Of a stretch of 33,676 bases of DNA, positions 1 to 7,470 are shown piece after piece (positions within the stretch are counted from its first letter, which is position 1; each line of letters starts with the position of its first letter). Source of the DNA: Nitrospirota bacterium. GTDB lineage: Bacteria > Nitrospirota > Thermodesulfovibrionia > UBA6902 > BMS3Bbin08. The notes under the pieces are model-generated. The model made no database searches. It was not told the DNA's origin and was given only the letters and a program-made list of their open reading frames with translations. The stretch lies in contig DAOVVO010000002.1 of NCBI GenBank assembly GCA_030637135.1, forward strand, positions 1-33,676. Direction: 5' to 3'. The translations under genes and the position numbers were made by a program.

Positions 1-157
1 ACGCTATAGCTAAACAAGATTTTATATTTCGTGAACTAATACCCATCTTTATGTATTTATTAAATGAAGTTTATTATAAAACCAATGTTAAAAAATTAAA
101 TCACCTTTGTCAAATATCGATTGAAATCTACAATATTTTATAAATTCTTAATCCGTT

Positions 158-370
158 TGTTTCAGAAAGAAACAGAGAAGCCTGAAAAATTTTCAGCCAA
201 AATTCCCTCGATTGATGACTTCACCTACTTATCTTTAGTCTACAAAGCACGTGACCTGTGATGATTACTGACAGTCACTCCCACCTACGAGGTGGGACTG
301 CCACAACTATGGGAGTCGAACTCCTATAGTTGTGGTTGAGGAATTATTATCGAAGTTGAACTTCGATAAT
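158..370 (+). other. ORF-free run of six consecutive stem-loops (candidate structured RNA or element end)
   Basis: Hairpins read directly from the sequence. TGTTTC/GAAACA at 158-174. CTGAAAA/TTTTCAG at 182-196. GTGACCTGT../..ACAGTCAC at 251-278. TCCCACCT/AGGTGGGA at 279-297. A 15-bp stem CCACAACTATGGGAG/CTCCTATAGTTGTGG at 301-335, with one G.T pair that is a legal wobble only on the + strand. ATTATCGAAG/CTTCGATAAT at 346-370, followed by TTT. The track shows no ORF >=60 aa in any frame over 1-561. Confidence 0.5.
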
Positions 371-561
371 TTTGGTTGTGGTTGTGGAAAGGGTATGATG
401 AGGATTGAAACAAACCGGGGAATGAAGAATGTCAAGATTCAACAGGCTGTCAAGACTTACCACAAAATTTTGGGACTCCTCTAAGTAGAGCTTAACTAAT
501 ATTAAGTGAAGAATGAAGACCTGACCCCATAACGGACCCCATAACGTTTCACAATTAAAAT

Positions 562-1629
562 TTATATATATTTTTCTGTCTCTGAAACTAATTCATCAAT
601 CAGCTTTTTTACAGGAACGATTTCATTACATCTGTATGCATTAGATCCGGCAAACACAAAACCTTCATCAAGATTCCCTTCTGCTGCATTTGCCAGGGCT
701 TTAGCAATACAATAAGGAGCTGTATCAGGATCGCAGGTTTTTAAACACTGATAGTTGCAGGCAATAGGTTTGGTTTTGCCTTTTTGAATGTCCTCAACAA
801 ATTTACTTTTAATCACCCTGCCGGGCATACCAACAGGACTTTTTATAATTACAAGATCTTCTTTTTTGGCGCTCAAGTATGCCCTTTTAAAACTTTCGTG
901 AACATCACATTCATCAGTACAGACAAAACGGGTTCCCATTTGAACCCCTGAAGCGCCTAATTTAAGAAAATATGCAATATCCTTACCGTTATAAACTCCT
1001 CCGGCAGCAATTACCGGAATCGCCGGATCAAATGATCCGGCAAATTCCAATACTTCAATGATTATTTTATCAAGTAAAGAGGCTTTTTCTTCAACAACAT
1101 CCTGAAAATCATATCCAATATGACCACCTGCTTTCGGCCCTTCAACTATTACAGCATCCGGGAGTTTATCAAAATTCCTTTTCCATTTATTACATATAAT
1201 CTTCAAAGCCCGTGCTGATGAGACTATCGGGATCAGCTTAATGTTTTTCTTCTCTACAAATTTTGGAAGCTCTAAAGGAAGCCCTGCTCCGGATATAATC
1301 AAATCAATGTTTTCATCCACAGCAGTTCTTACTAACGATTCATAATTGGAAAGGGCTACCATTGCATTTATGCCGATTATGCCCTTACTCATACTTTTAG
1401 CTTTTCTTATCTCTACTCTTAAAGCCTCTTTATTAATAGATTCAAATTCTGAACCGCTCTCGTCTTCAAACTTTCCCAGGCCGACACTTGCAATTACTCC
1501 CACACATCCTTCATTGGCAACTGCCGCAGCAAGCCTGGAACGGGACACTCTTACACCCATGCCGCCCTGTATAATCGGAGGGTTAATTGTTAAGTCAGCT
1601 ATTTGTAATGAAGGCAAATTCTTTTTCAT
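562..1629 (-). CDS. Nitronate monooxygenase / FabK-like NAD(P)H-dependent flavin oxidoreductase (2-nitropropane dioxygenase family)
   Basis: 355-aa ORF. The N-terminal IIQGGMGVRVSRSRLAAAVANEGCVGVIAS and the later GGHIGY and AAGGV..G motifs are typical of the NMO/enoyl-ACP reductase II TIM-barrel family. Confidence 0.85.
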   Translation of the reverse strand: MKKNLPSLQIADLTINPPIIQGGMGVRVSRSRLAAAVANEGCVGVIASVGLGKFEDESGSEFESINKEALRVEIRKAKSMSKGIIGINAMVALSNYESLVRTAVDENIDLIISGAGLPLELPKFVEKKNIKLIPIVSSARALKIICNKWKRNFDKLPDAVIVEGPKAGGHIGYDFQDVVEEKASLLDKIIIEVLEFAGSFDPAIPVIAAGGVYNGKDIAYFLKLGASGVQMGTRFVCTDECDVHESFKRAYLSAKKEDLVIIKSPVGMPGRVIKSKFVEDIQKGKTKPIACNYQCLKTCDPDTAPYCIAKALANAAEGNLDEGFVFAGSNAYRCNEIVPVKKLIDELVSETEKYI

Positions 1630-1664
1630 TTAAATGTTCATTATGAAACTGAAAATAATTAAAA

Positions 1665-1700
1665 AGGGTTTAGCTTCCCGACGTCTTGTGACTAAACCCT
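1665..1700 (-). terminator. Rho-independent terminator 12 nt downstream of the tRNA-like CCA end
   Basis: Perfect 9-bp stem AGGGTTTAG (1665-1673) / CTAAACCCT (1692-1700). On the minus strand it is followed by TTTTTAATT. On the + strand no T-run follows. Confidence 0.6.
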
Positions 1701-1712
1701 TCAAATATCCAA

Positions 1713-1745
1713 TGGTGGAGCTGATCGGGATCGAACCGACGACCT
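1713..1745 (-). pseudogene. Orphan tRNA-Ala/tmRNA-type 3' fragment (variable loop, T-arm, 3' acceptor strand, discriminator A, encoded CCA)
   Basis: The minus strand reads AGGTC GTCGG TTCGATC CCGAT CAGCTCC A CCA. The T-arm is canonical, and the T at position 70 matches the G3:U70 identity pair of tRNA-Ala and tmRNA. No GG(A/G)G(C/T)TG 5' acceptor strand, D-arm or convincing anticodon arm was found upstream. Confidence 0.6.
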
Positions 1746-1968
1746 CTTGAATGCCATTCATATCCAGGGGATACGGGCAAGGTATGAACCGTACGGTCCA
1801 TACCACGTGCTTGCGAACGCATAAAAATCCAATCAAATAAAATTTCCTTACGTTCCAAAGCTCCCTTGCTGATTTGCCGGGAGCTTTCAAATACCGAAAA
1901 ACTCCTTTTTTTAAAGAACTTAACAGACTTTTATCATTATACATTATTTGATGGTTTTTGACCATTTC

Positions 1969-1997
1969 CGTGACAATTTCGTCACGATTTTGTCACG
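1969..1997. promoter_or_regulatory. Operator-like triple half-site CGTGAC-N6-GTCACG-N5-TGTCACG
   Basis: CGTGACAATTTCGTCACG is a palindrome with 6-bp arms and a 6-nt spacer (1969-1986). A third GTCACG half-site follows at 1992-1997, in AT-rich ORF-free DNA. Confidence 0.35.
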
Positions 1998-2029
1998 CTG
2001 TTCTTAAAAAGTGAACAAACCCTAAAAAG

Positions 2030-2375
2030 GAGTTCCTGCTCCGCCCTCCCTCCACTTCGCAGTCACAGGTTTAGTTATATCCCCCGTCGCTCAGTTACTG
2101 CGCTTGCAACTCTGTCATGCCCCTTGCTAATAAGTGTTTCCATGATCCTTTGCTAACGCCAGGAACATTTTAGCACAGGCAAGGGTTCACAAACCTTTCT
2201 TTTCTCTCAAGGATTGTTCATGCCAGAGGCAAGCTCTTGCCTTCGCTCCACCATGCTTGTCCTTTGAAGCGCGACGTTTTCGATAAGACGAGCGCCTTGC
2301 TGTGGTGTGTGCCGTATGGTTCATACCAGGGAATTAAAGCTTTAGCAAGTCTCGGCCAAGAGCCCGAGTTTAACT
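2030..2375. other. G+C-enriched ORF-free block (candidate structured ncRNA or decayed element); strand unknown
   Basis: No ORF >=60 aa between 1966 and 2623. The block is visibly richer in G+C than the flanking spacers. It holds many internally complementary segments, for example minus-strand CACAGCAAGG vs CCTTGCCTGTG, CTTGCTAA vs two TTAGCAAG copies, and the hairpin AGGCAA-GAGC-TTGCCT. Confidence 0.3.
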
Positions 2376-2446
2376 GCAAAGATTTAAAATATAGAACATC
2401 TTCATATTAATGAATCTATCAAAGCTTTAAATTCATCAATGTCTTC

Positions 2447-2553
2447 AAAAATAGGGACAGCGACTATTTTTTTTAGACTTTTTCAATATTTATGATTATT
2501 GTAAGTTGCCAGAATATGTTGTTATCTTAAAAATGGTCGCTGTCCCTATTTTT
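2447..2553. repeat. 107-bp unit bounded by 25-bp inverted repeats (MITE-like or large cruciform)
   Basis: AAAAATAGGGACAGCGAC (2447-2464) is the exact reverse complement of GTCGCTGTCCCTATTTTT (2536-2553). After one mismatch the pairing continues, giving arms 2447-2471 and 2529-2553 around an AT-rich 57-nt centre. Confidence 0.55.
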
Positions 2554-2572
2554 GGTCAGTAGAAATAGTTTC

Positions 2573-2606
2573 AAAAAAGGGCTTGGTATTTCCAAGCCTC
2601 TTTTTT
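2573..2606. terminator. Bidirectional Rho-independent terminator (serves the PilZ gene on the minus strand)
   Basis: Stem GGCTTGG (2580-2586) / CCAAGCC (2592-2598) with loop TATTT. An A-run lies on the left and a T-run on the right. The hairpin lies about 25 nt (2599-2623) downstream of the PilZ stop. Confidence 0.75.
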
Positions 2607-2623
2607 ATAAAAAATGAGTCTAA

Positions 2624-2947
2624 TTAGAGAGTTTTTGAGAATTTTATATATTGCGAAGAGGGGTTTGTAATTTTTACGCCTATCCTGAAAATTAAACCAT
2701 GGGATGAAATTTCTGTATGAAACCATCTCACCTCTCCATGCAAGTGAAATGTTTCTCCAGAGGAGAGTTGAAATTTCAACTCACTATTTGTCTGGGTCGA
2801 AAAATCGATTGCGGTCTTTGTAGGGTCGGTTCTCATAAAGATACCATCTTCAGAAAAATTTTCTATAAATCCTGAATAACTCATACCGCCTGAAATATAC
2901 TCGGCTTTTACATTATGTGTTATTCTTTTTAAAAGCCGTCTTTCCAT
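2624..2947 (-). CDS. PilZ-domain protein (c-di-GMP receptor type)
   Basis: 107-aa ORF carrying both PilZ signature motifs: RLLKR (RxxxR) near the N-terminus and NFSEDG (D/NxSxxG). Confidence 0.75.
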   Translation of the reverse strand: MERRLLKRITHNVKAEYISGGMSYSGFIENFSEDGIFMRTDPTKTAIDFSTQTNSELKFQLSSGETFHLHGEVRWFHTEISSHGLIFRIGVKITNPSSQYIKFSKTL

Positions 2948-3122
2948 GTAAAAATTTTACATTATTTTTGTTTTTTTTTCAGCACTTATTTTCATTATTC
3001 CTTAATCTGCATTTGACCATTAGATTTAAAAATATCTTTTACTTGTAAGTTTCAAAGCCTCTTGATATAAATTAAGATTTCTATTAGTATCAATAGATTA
3101 TATATAAGATAAGGAGAAAAGT

Positions 3123-3653
3123 TTGAAAAATATTTTTAGAATTTTTTTGCTGGTTCTGACATTATTGTTTATAACCATTTCATCGATACACGATATAAAT
3201 GCACAATTTTTCTCACCTTTTGAAATAGAAGGGCTTATTATAGGTAAAAAGGCACCTGTATTTACAGCCATTGACCTTTCAGGAAAGGATGTTCCTTTTT
3301 CTTCATTTGGAGGCAAACCAGTACTGCTTAATTTTTGGGCCACGTGGTGCCCTTACTGCAGGGAGGAGAGACCTCAGCTTAATTCGATTTATAAGATGTA
3401 TAAAGACAAAGGTTTGGTGATTGTTGCTGTGTCTATTGACAGATCTACCGCGATAGTAAAAAGGTATATGAAAAAAAATCCTGCTGATTTTGTTATTCTC
3501 CATGATAACAATAAAGAGGCAGCAGGCGCCTATGGTATTTATTCCCTCCCAACATCCTTTCTCATAGACCGTGAAGGTGTGATTAAACATAAATTTATTG
3601 GTCCAAACTGGACGGCTGTCAAGAAAAAATTCATTGAGAAACTCATTCAATAG
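3123..3653 (+). CDS. TlpA/ResA-like periplasmic thiol-disulfide oxidoreductase (thioredoxin fold)
   Basis: TTG start 6 nt after the SD AAGGAG (3111-3116). Has an N-terminal signal/anchor and the redox motif NFWATWCPYC typical of the TlpA/redoxin family. Confidence 0.85.
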   Translation: MKNIFRIFLLVLTLLFITISSIHDINAQFFSPFEIEGLIIGKKAPVFTAIDLSGKDVPFSSFGGKPVLLNFWATWCPYCREERPQLNSIYKMYKDKGLVIVAVSIDRSTAIVKRYMKKNPADFVILHDNNKEAAGAYGIYSLPTSFLIDREGVIKHKFIGPNWTAVKKKFIEKLIQ

Positions 3654-3687
3654 CTGTTTGTTCAGTGCCAGAGTCTTAATCTGCTTC

Positions 3688-3717
3688 TTGACAAAAAAAT
3701 AATTCTCTGTTTAGTAT
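3688..3717 (+). promoter_or_regulatory. Sigma70-like promoter upstream of gcvH
   Basis: TTGACA at 3688-3693, then an 18-nt spacer, then TAGTAT at 3712-3717, about 65 nt upstream of the gcvH ATG. Confidence 0.5.
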
Positions 3718-3781
3718 TGCACACGCCTTGGGACAATGAAAGTCTGGGGCTTGGTAAGTTTCAGACAAGGAGGAGACAACA

Positions 3782-4174
3782 ATGGATCCTGAAAGTCTTA
3801 AATATCATAAGGAACATACATGGGTCAAAGTGTCTGGTAAGAAAGCAACGATAGGTATAACTCATTATGCACAAGAAGCTATGGGAGATATTGTGTATAT
3901 TGATTTGCCTGAATTAGATACCGCTGTGGAAGCGAATACAGAGCTCACCGAGATAGAATCAACAAAAACCACATCCGCTGTTATAAGTCCTGTGAGTGGG
4001 ACAGTTGTCGAGGTGAATGAAGGCCTCTCTGAAGCTCCGGAATTAATCAATGAGGACCCTTACGGGAAGGGATGGATAGCAGTACTTACAGTTGAGGATG
4101 AATCAGAAGGTGATGATCTTATGGATTTCTCAGAGTATGAGAAGTATTTAGAGGAAGAGGTAAAATTAAAATAA
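3782..4174 (+). CDS. gcvH: Glycine cleavage system H protein (lipoyl carrier)
   Basis: 130 aa. Shows HTWV..., IGITHYAQEAMGDIVYIDLP, the lipoyl-lysine motif ESTKT followed by SPVSG, and DPYGKGW. An SD GGAGA lies upstream. Confidence 0.9.
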   Translation: MDPESLKYHKEHTWVKVSGKKATIGITHYAQEAMGDIVYIDLPELDTAVEANTELTEIESTKTTSAVISPVSGTVVEVNEGLSEAPELINEDPYGKGWIAVLTVEDESEGDDLMDFSEYEKYLEEEVKLK

Positions 4175-5559
4175 TGCGAATTTCTGTTTTAGGAGCAGGT
4201 CCTGGTGGCTATGTTGCTGCAATCAAGGCAGCCCAACTGGGCGCTTCTGTAACAGTAATTGAAGCCTCAGAGGTTGGTGGAACATGCCTTCACTGGGGAT
4301 GTATTCCCACAAAGGCGCTCATAGCCTCTGCAGATGCACTTAATAGGGCTCGAAATATTAATAATTTCGGGATCGATCTGAATGGAAGTGTTACTCCTAA
4401 TCTTCAAAAAATAGTAGAAAGGAAAAACAGAGTTGTCAACATTCAGGTTAAAGGCATCAGGGGTCTTTTTAAAAGTTGGGACATCAAGATTTTAGATGGA
4501 AGGGGTACTATAGTAAGTCCTAAAAAGATAAAAGTTGCCCTTAGAAGTGGTGAGACTGAAGAGGTTGAAGCAGATAAGATTATCATAGCAACAGGTTCAA
4601 GACCTGCACAGATACCGGTTTTCCCGTTTGACGGTAAAAGAATCCTATCGAGTGATGACGCAATTAATTTAAGTGGTATCCCAAGGTCACTTCTCATTGT
4701 AGGTGCAGGGGTAATAGGTTGCGAATTTGCCTTTATATATAAAGAATTTGGGGCAGACATAACGATGGTGGAGATGATGCCTATGGCTGTATCAACAGAA
4801 GATGAGGAAATCTCAGCTATTCTCGAGAAAGAACTGAAAAAAAAGAAAATAAAGCTTCTAACCGGTATCAAAGTTGAGAACATAGATATCAGAGAAGACT
4901 CAGTCTTGGCTACGCTTTCAGACGGTAAAACCGTAGAGGCAGAAAAAGTGCTCGTATCCATTGGGAGGTCAATGAATAGCAATGACATAGGGCTTGAGAA
5001 TGTCGGAGTTAAAGTCGGACAGAGAGGGGAAATTATAGTCAATAATAAGATGGAGACTAACATTGAGGGTGTTTATGCAGTGGGTGATGTTACAGGAGGC
5101 ATTATGCTTGCCCACGTGGCTTCAAAAGAAGGCATGGTTGCAGCAGAGAACGCAGTTGGTGGAAATGCAGTAATGAGCCATGATGTGGTTCCGGCCGCTA
5201 TATTTACCAGCCCTGAGATAGCATCTGTAGGACTCAGGGAAAAACAAGCCCTTGAAAAGGGCTATAAAGTTAAGGTTGGCAGGTTCCAGTATAGGGCTCT
5301 CGGTAAAGCACATGCAATCGGGGAGATAACAGGATTAATAAAAATAATTGCCGATGAAGAAAATGACATAATTCTTGGAACCCATATAATAGGATCTCAC
5401 GCATCTGACTTAGTACATGAAGCTGCACTTGCTATTGAAAAAAAGCTTTCTGCGAGGGATATCGCACATACAATCCATGCACATCCAACATTGGCTGAGG
5501 GCATCATGGAAGCTGCAGAGGATGTTCATGGCTCGGCAATTCATTCACCCAAGACATGA
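4174..5559 (+). CDS. lpdA: Dihydrolipoyl dehydrogenase (E3 / L-protein)
   Basis: 461 aa. Has the FAD motif GAGPGGY, the redox-active disulfide GGTCLHWGCIPTK, the NAD motif GAGVIGCE and a C-terminal HAHPTLAE. Its ATG overlaps the gcvH stop (TAATG). Confidence 0.92.
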   Translation: MRISVLGAGPGGYVAAIKAAQLGASVTVIEASEVGGTCLHWGCIPTKALIASADALNRARNINNFGIDLNGSVTPNLQKIVERKNRVVNIQVKGIRGLFKSWDIKILDGRGTIVSPKKIKVALRSGETEEVEADKIIIATGSRPAQIPVFPFDGKRILSSDDAINLSGIPRSLLIVGAGVIGCEFAFIYKEFGADITMVEMMPMAVSTEDEEISAILEKELKKKKIKLLTGIKVENIDIREDSVLATLSDGKTVEAEKVLVSIGRSMNSNDIGLENVGVKVGQRGEIIVNNKMETNIEGVYAVGDVTGGIMLAHVASKEGMVAAENAVGGNAVMSHDVVPAAIFTSPEIASVGLREKQALEKGYKVKVGRFQYRALGKAHAIGEITGLIKIIADEENDIILGTHIIGSHASDLVHEAALAIEKKLSARDIAHTIHAHPTLAEGIMEAAEDVHGSAIHSPKT

Positions 5560-5643
5560 TTCTTGACTTTACGGTATGAGACCCTCGCCCGCAATTATAT
5601 TCATACCCTCCTTGATTATGAAAGTAATACACAATAGAAACAG

Positions 5644-6477
5644 ATGATAACAAGAGAGGTTAAAATAGGTAATGTATCTATCGGAGGACAGAACCCTCTT
5701 GTGTTTATTGCAGGTCCATGTGTTATTGAGACCGAAGAATTAACATTAAAAACTGCTGAGAGACTCAAAGAGATTTTTCGTAAGACAAGTATACCGCTTA
5801 TATTTAAAAGTTCTTATGATAAGGCAAATAGAACTTCTATACATTCATTTCGTGGGCCTGGTATCCATAAGGGACTCACGATACTGAAAAAAGTTAAAGA
5901 ATTAACAGGACTGCCTGTATTATCGGATATCCATTCACTTGAAGAAGTCTCACATGCAGCAAAGGTTCTCGATATGCTCCAGATACCAGCTTTTTTATGC
6001 AGACAGACAGATTTAATAATTTCTGCTTCACAGACAGGCAAGCCCGTAAATATCAAGAAAGGACAGTTTTTAGCACCATGGGATGTTAAAAATATTATTG
6101 AGAAGTTTACTACTACGGGCAACCATAATATAGTCATAACAGAAAGAGGAATTTCTTTTGGTTATAATAATCTTGTCGTAGATATGCGGGCGATCCCTAT
6201 TATGCAGGGTTATGGCTATCCAGTTGTTTTTGACGCAACACATAGTGTTCAGCTGCCAGGAGGAAAGGGCACCGCTTCATCAGGGAACAGGGAATATGTG
6301 GCACCTCTTGCAAAGGCGGCAGCTGCTGCTGGTTGTGATGCAGTTTTTATAGAGGTGCACGAATGTCCTGAGAAGGCTCTTTGTGACGGTCCAAATTCTT
6401 TACATTTAGAGGAGATTGCTCCACTGGTACGTGAAATAGAAGAGATAGGCAAGATTGTAAGAAAAGGGGCAGGGTGA
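5644..6477 (+). CDS. kdsA: 3-deoxy-8-phosphooctulonate (Kdo-8-P) synthase
   Basis: 277 aa. The motifs AGPCVIE, FKSSYDKANR, IPAFLCRQTDL and DATHSVQ are characteristic of KdsA. Confidence 0.92.
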   Translation: MITREVKIGNVSIGGQNPLVFIAGPCVIETEELTLKTAERLKEIFRKTSIPLIFKSSYDKANRTSIHSFRGPGIHKGLTILKKVKELTGLPVLSDIHSLEEVSHAAKVLDMLQIPAFLCRQTDLIISASQTGKPVNIKKGQFLAPWDVKNIIEKFTTTGNHNIVITERGISFGYNNLVVDMRAIPIMQGYGYPVVFDATHSVQLPGGKGTASSGNREYVAPLAKAAAAAGCDAVFIEVHECPEKALCDGPNSLHLEEIAPLVREIEEIGKIVRKGAG

Positions 6478-7445
6478 AAAAAATGTTTAAAGAGCAGGCA
6501 AAAAAAGTTTTAAGAATAGAAGCAGAAGCAATAACTGCACTTATCGATAGAATAGATAATAATCTTGTTAAGGCACTAGATATTATTTATTCCTGTCCTG
6601 GCAGAGTTGTAGTCACGGGCATGGGAAAGTCTGGCCTTATCGGTAAGAAACTGGCAGCAACCCTTGCTTCAACAGGGACACCTGCTATATTTCTGCACCC
6701 TGCTGAAGGTGGCCATGGTGATATAGGGATGGTTTCCAAGGGCGATGTAGTTATTGCGATTTCCAACAGCGGGGAAACAGATGAAATCATAACAATACTC
6801 CCTGTATTAAAAAGACTTGATATTAAGCTAATTTCATTTACAGGTAGTCTAACTTCTACACTTGCAAAAATATCAGATGTTGTTCTGGATGTTTCTGTTA
6901 AAGAGGAAGCATGTCCCATGGGCCTTGTACCAACGGCGTCAACAACTGCTGCCCTGGCTATGGGCGATGCGCTTGCCGTTGCTCTTTTAAGTAAAAGGGG
7001 ATTCAGTGAAGAGGACTTTGCTTTTTTCCATCCGGGCGGAAATTTAGGGAGACGTCTATTACTGACGGCTGGTGAACTTATGCATAGAGGCGATTCCATA
7101 CCGTCTGTAAAGGAAGAAATTACCATGAAAGATGCAATAATGGAAATATCTTCCAAGAGGTTAGGAATTACCACAGTAATAAATGAGAGTTCTCAGTTAC
7201 TGGGAATTATTACTGATGGCGATTTGCGCAGGGGGTTAGAAAAGTGGGATGAGAAATTCTTCTCTCTTAAAGCACGGGATGTTATGACCCATAACCCAAG
7301 AACCATTGCAAGGGATACTCTTGCTGTGAAGGCGCTTTCAATAATGGAAACATATTCAATAACTTCTCTCGTTATTATTGATCTACATGATCGAGTAGAG
7401 GGTATTGTACATTTACATGATATTTTGAAATCTGGCATTGTATGA
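6474..7445 (+). CDS. kdsD: Arabinose-5-phosphate isomerase (SIS domain plus tandem CBS domains)
   Basis: 323 aa. Has the SIS motif GMGKSG...ISNSGET and a C-terminal CBS pair. It overlaps the kdsA stop. The start is GTG at 6474 or ATG at 6483. Confidence 0.9.
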   Translation: MKKMFKEQAKKVLRIEAEAITALIDRIDNNLVKALDIIYSCPGRVVVTGMGKSGLIGKKLAATLASTGTPAIFLHPAEGGHGDIGMVSKGDVVIAISNSGETDEIITILPVLKRLDIKLISFTGSLTSTLAKISDVVLDVSVKEEACPMGLVPTASTTAALAMGDALAVALLSKRGFSEEDFAFFHPGGNLGRRLLLTAGELMHRGDSIPSVKEEITMKDAIMEISSKRLGITTVINESSQLLGIITDGDLRRGLEKWDEKFFSLKARDVMTHNPRTIARDTLAVKALSIMETYSITSLVIIDLHDRVEGIVHLHDILKSGIV

Positions 7446-7470
7446 AAAAAAATAATTTTATTTAACATTC

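Noticed and set aside
391-411. CRISPR array, or a hammerhead ribozyme core (GATGAG...GAAAC)
   Set aside because: Only one repeat-like unit is present, with no regularly spaced copies. For a hammerhead, only 4 nt separate GATGAG from GAAAC, so there is no room for stem II.
523-546. Tandem 12-nt repeat GACCCCATAACG x2, and GAATGAAGA at 420-428 and 511-519
   Set aside because: These are too short and too few to interpret. They are probably local slippage in the 3' flank of the NMO gene.
1630-1965. 111-aa ORF on the minus strand (with a nested 62-aa ORF at 1670..1858)
   Set aside because: It reads straight through the tRNA-like T-arm and acceptor (..VVGSIPISS..) and through the terminator hairpin. 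It has no SD and no recognisable family. I treat it as an artefact of the RNA-like region.
2030-2375. RNase P RNA, SRP RNA, twister ribozyme, c-di-GMP riboswitch or group II intron domain V in the G+C-rich block
   Set aside because: The universal RNase P boxes (GAGGAAAGTCCGGGC and ACAGAACCCGGCTTA) and the SRP motif are absent. AAGTGGAGGGAGGGCGG resembles the 3' side of a twister, but no complementary CCGCC 5' strand exists on that strand. CGTACGGTTC and GCCGTAT resemble domain V halves but lie on opposite strands about 500 nt apart. CACAGGCAAGG is only a loose GEMM-like match.
1713-2390. Complete tmRNA (ssrA) gene, standard or permuted
   Set aside because: The 3' end fits tmRNA. However, there is no GGGGCTG 5' strand, no TTCGACG box and no tag ORF ending in ..AA-stop. 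Downstream of the CCA there is only a terminator and the NMO gene, which excludes the permuted layout. I therefore call it an orphan 3' fragment and flag it for software checking.
4443-5063. Long antisense ORFs inside lpd, kdsD (6587..7174), kdsC/pgsA (7957..8427), plsY (8586..9137), lolC (20629..21021) and lolD (22234..22668)
   Set aside because: These are shadow ORFs opposite well-supported genes. Their composition is low-complexity and Ser/Ile-rich, they have no SD, and they match no family.
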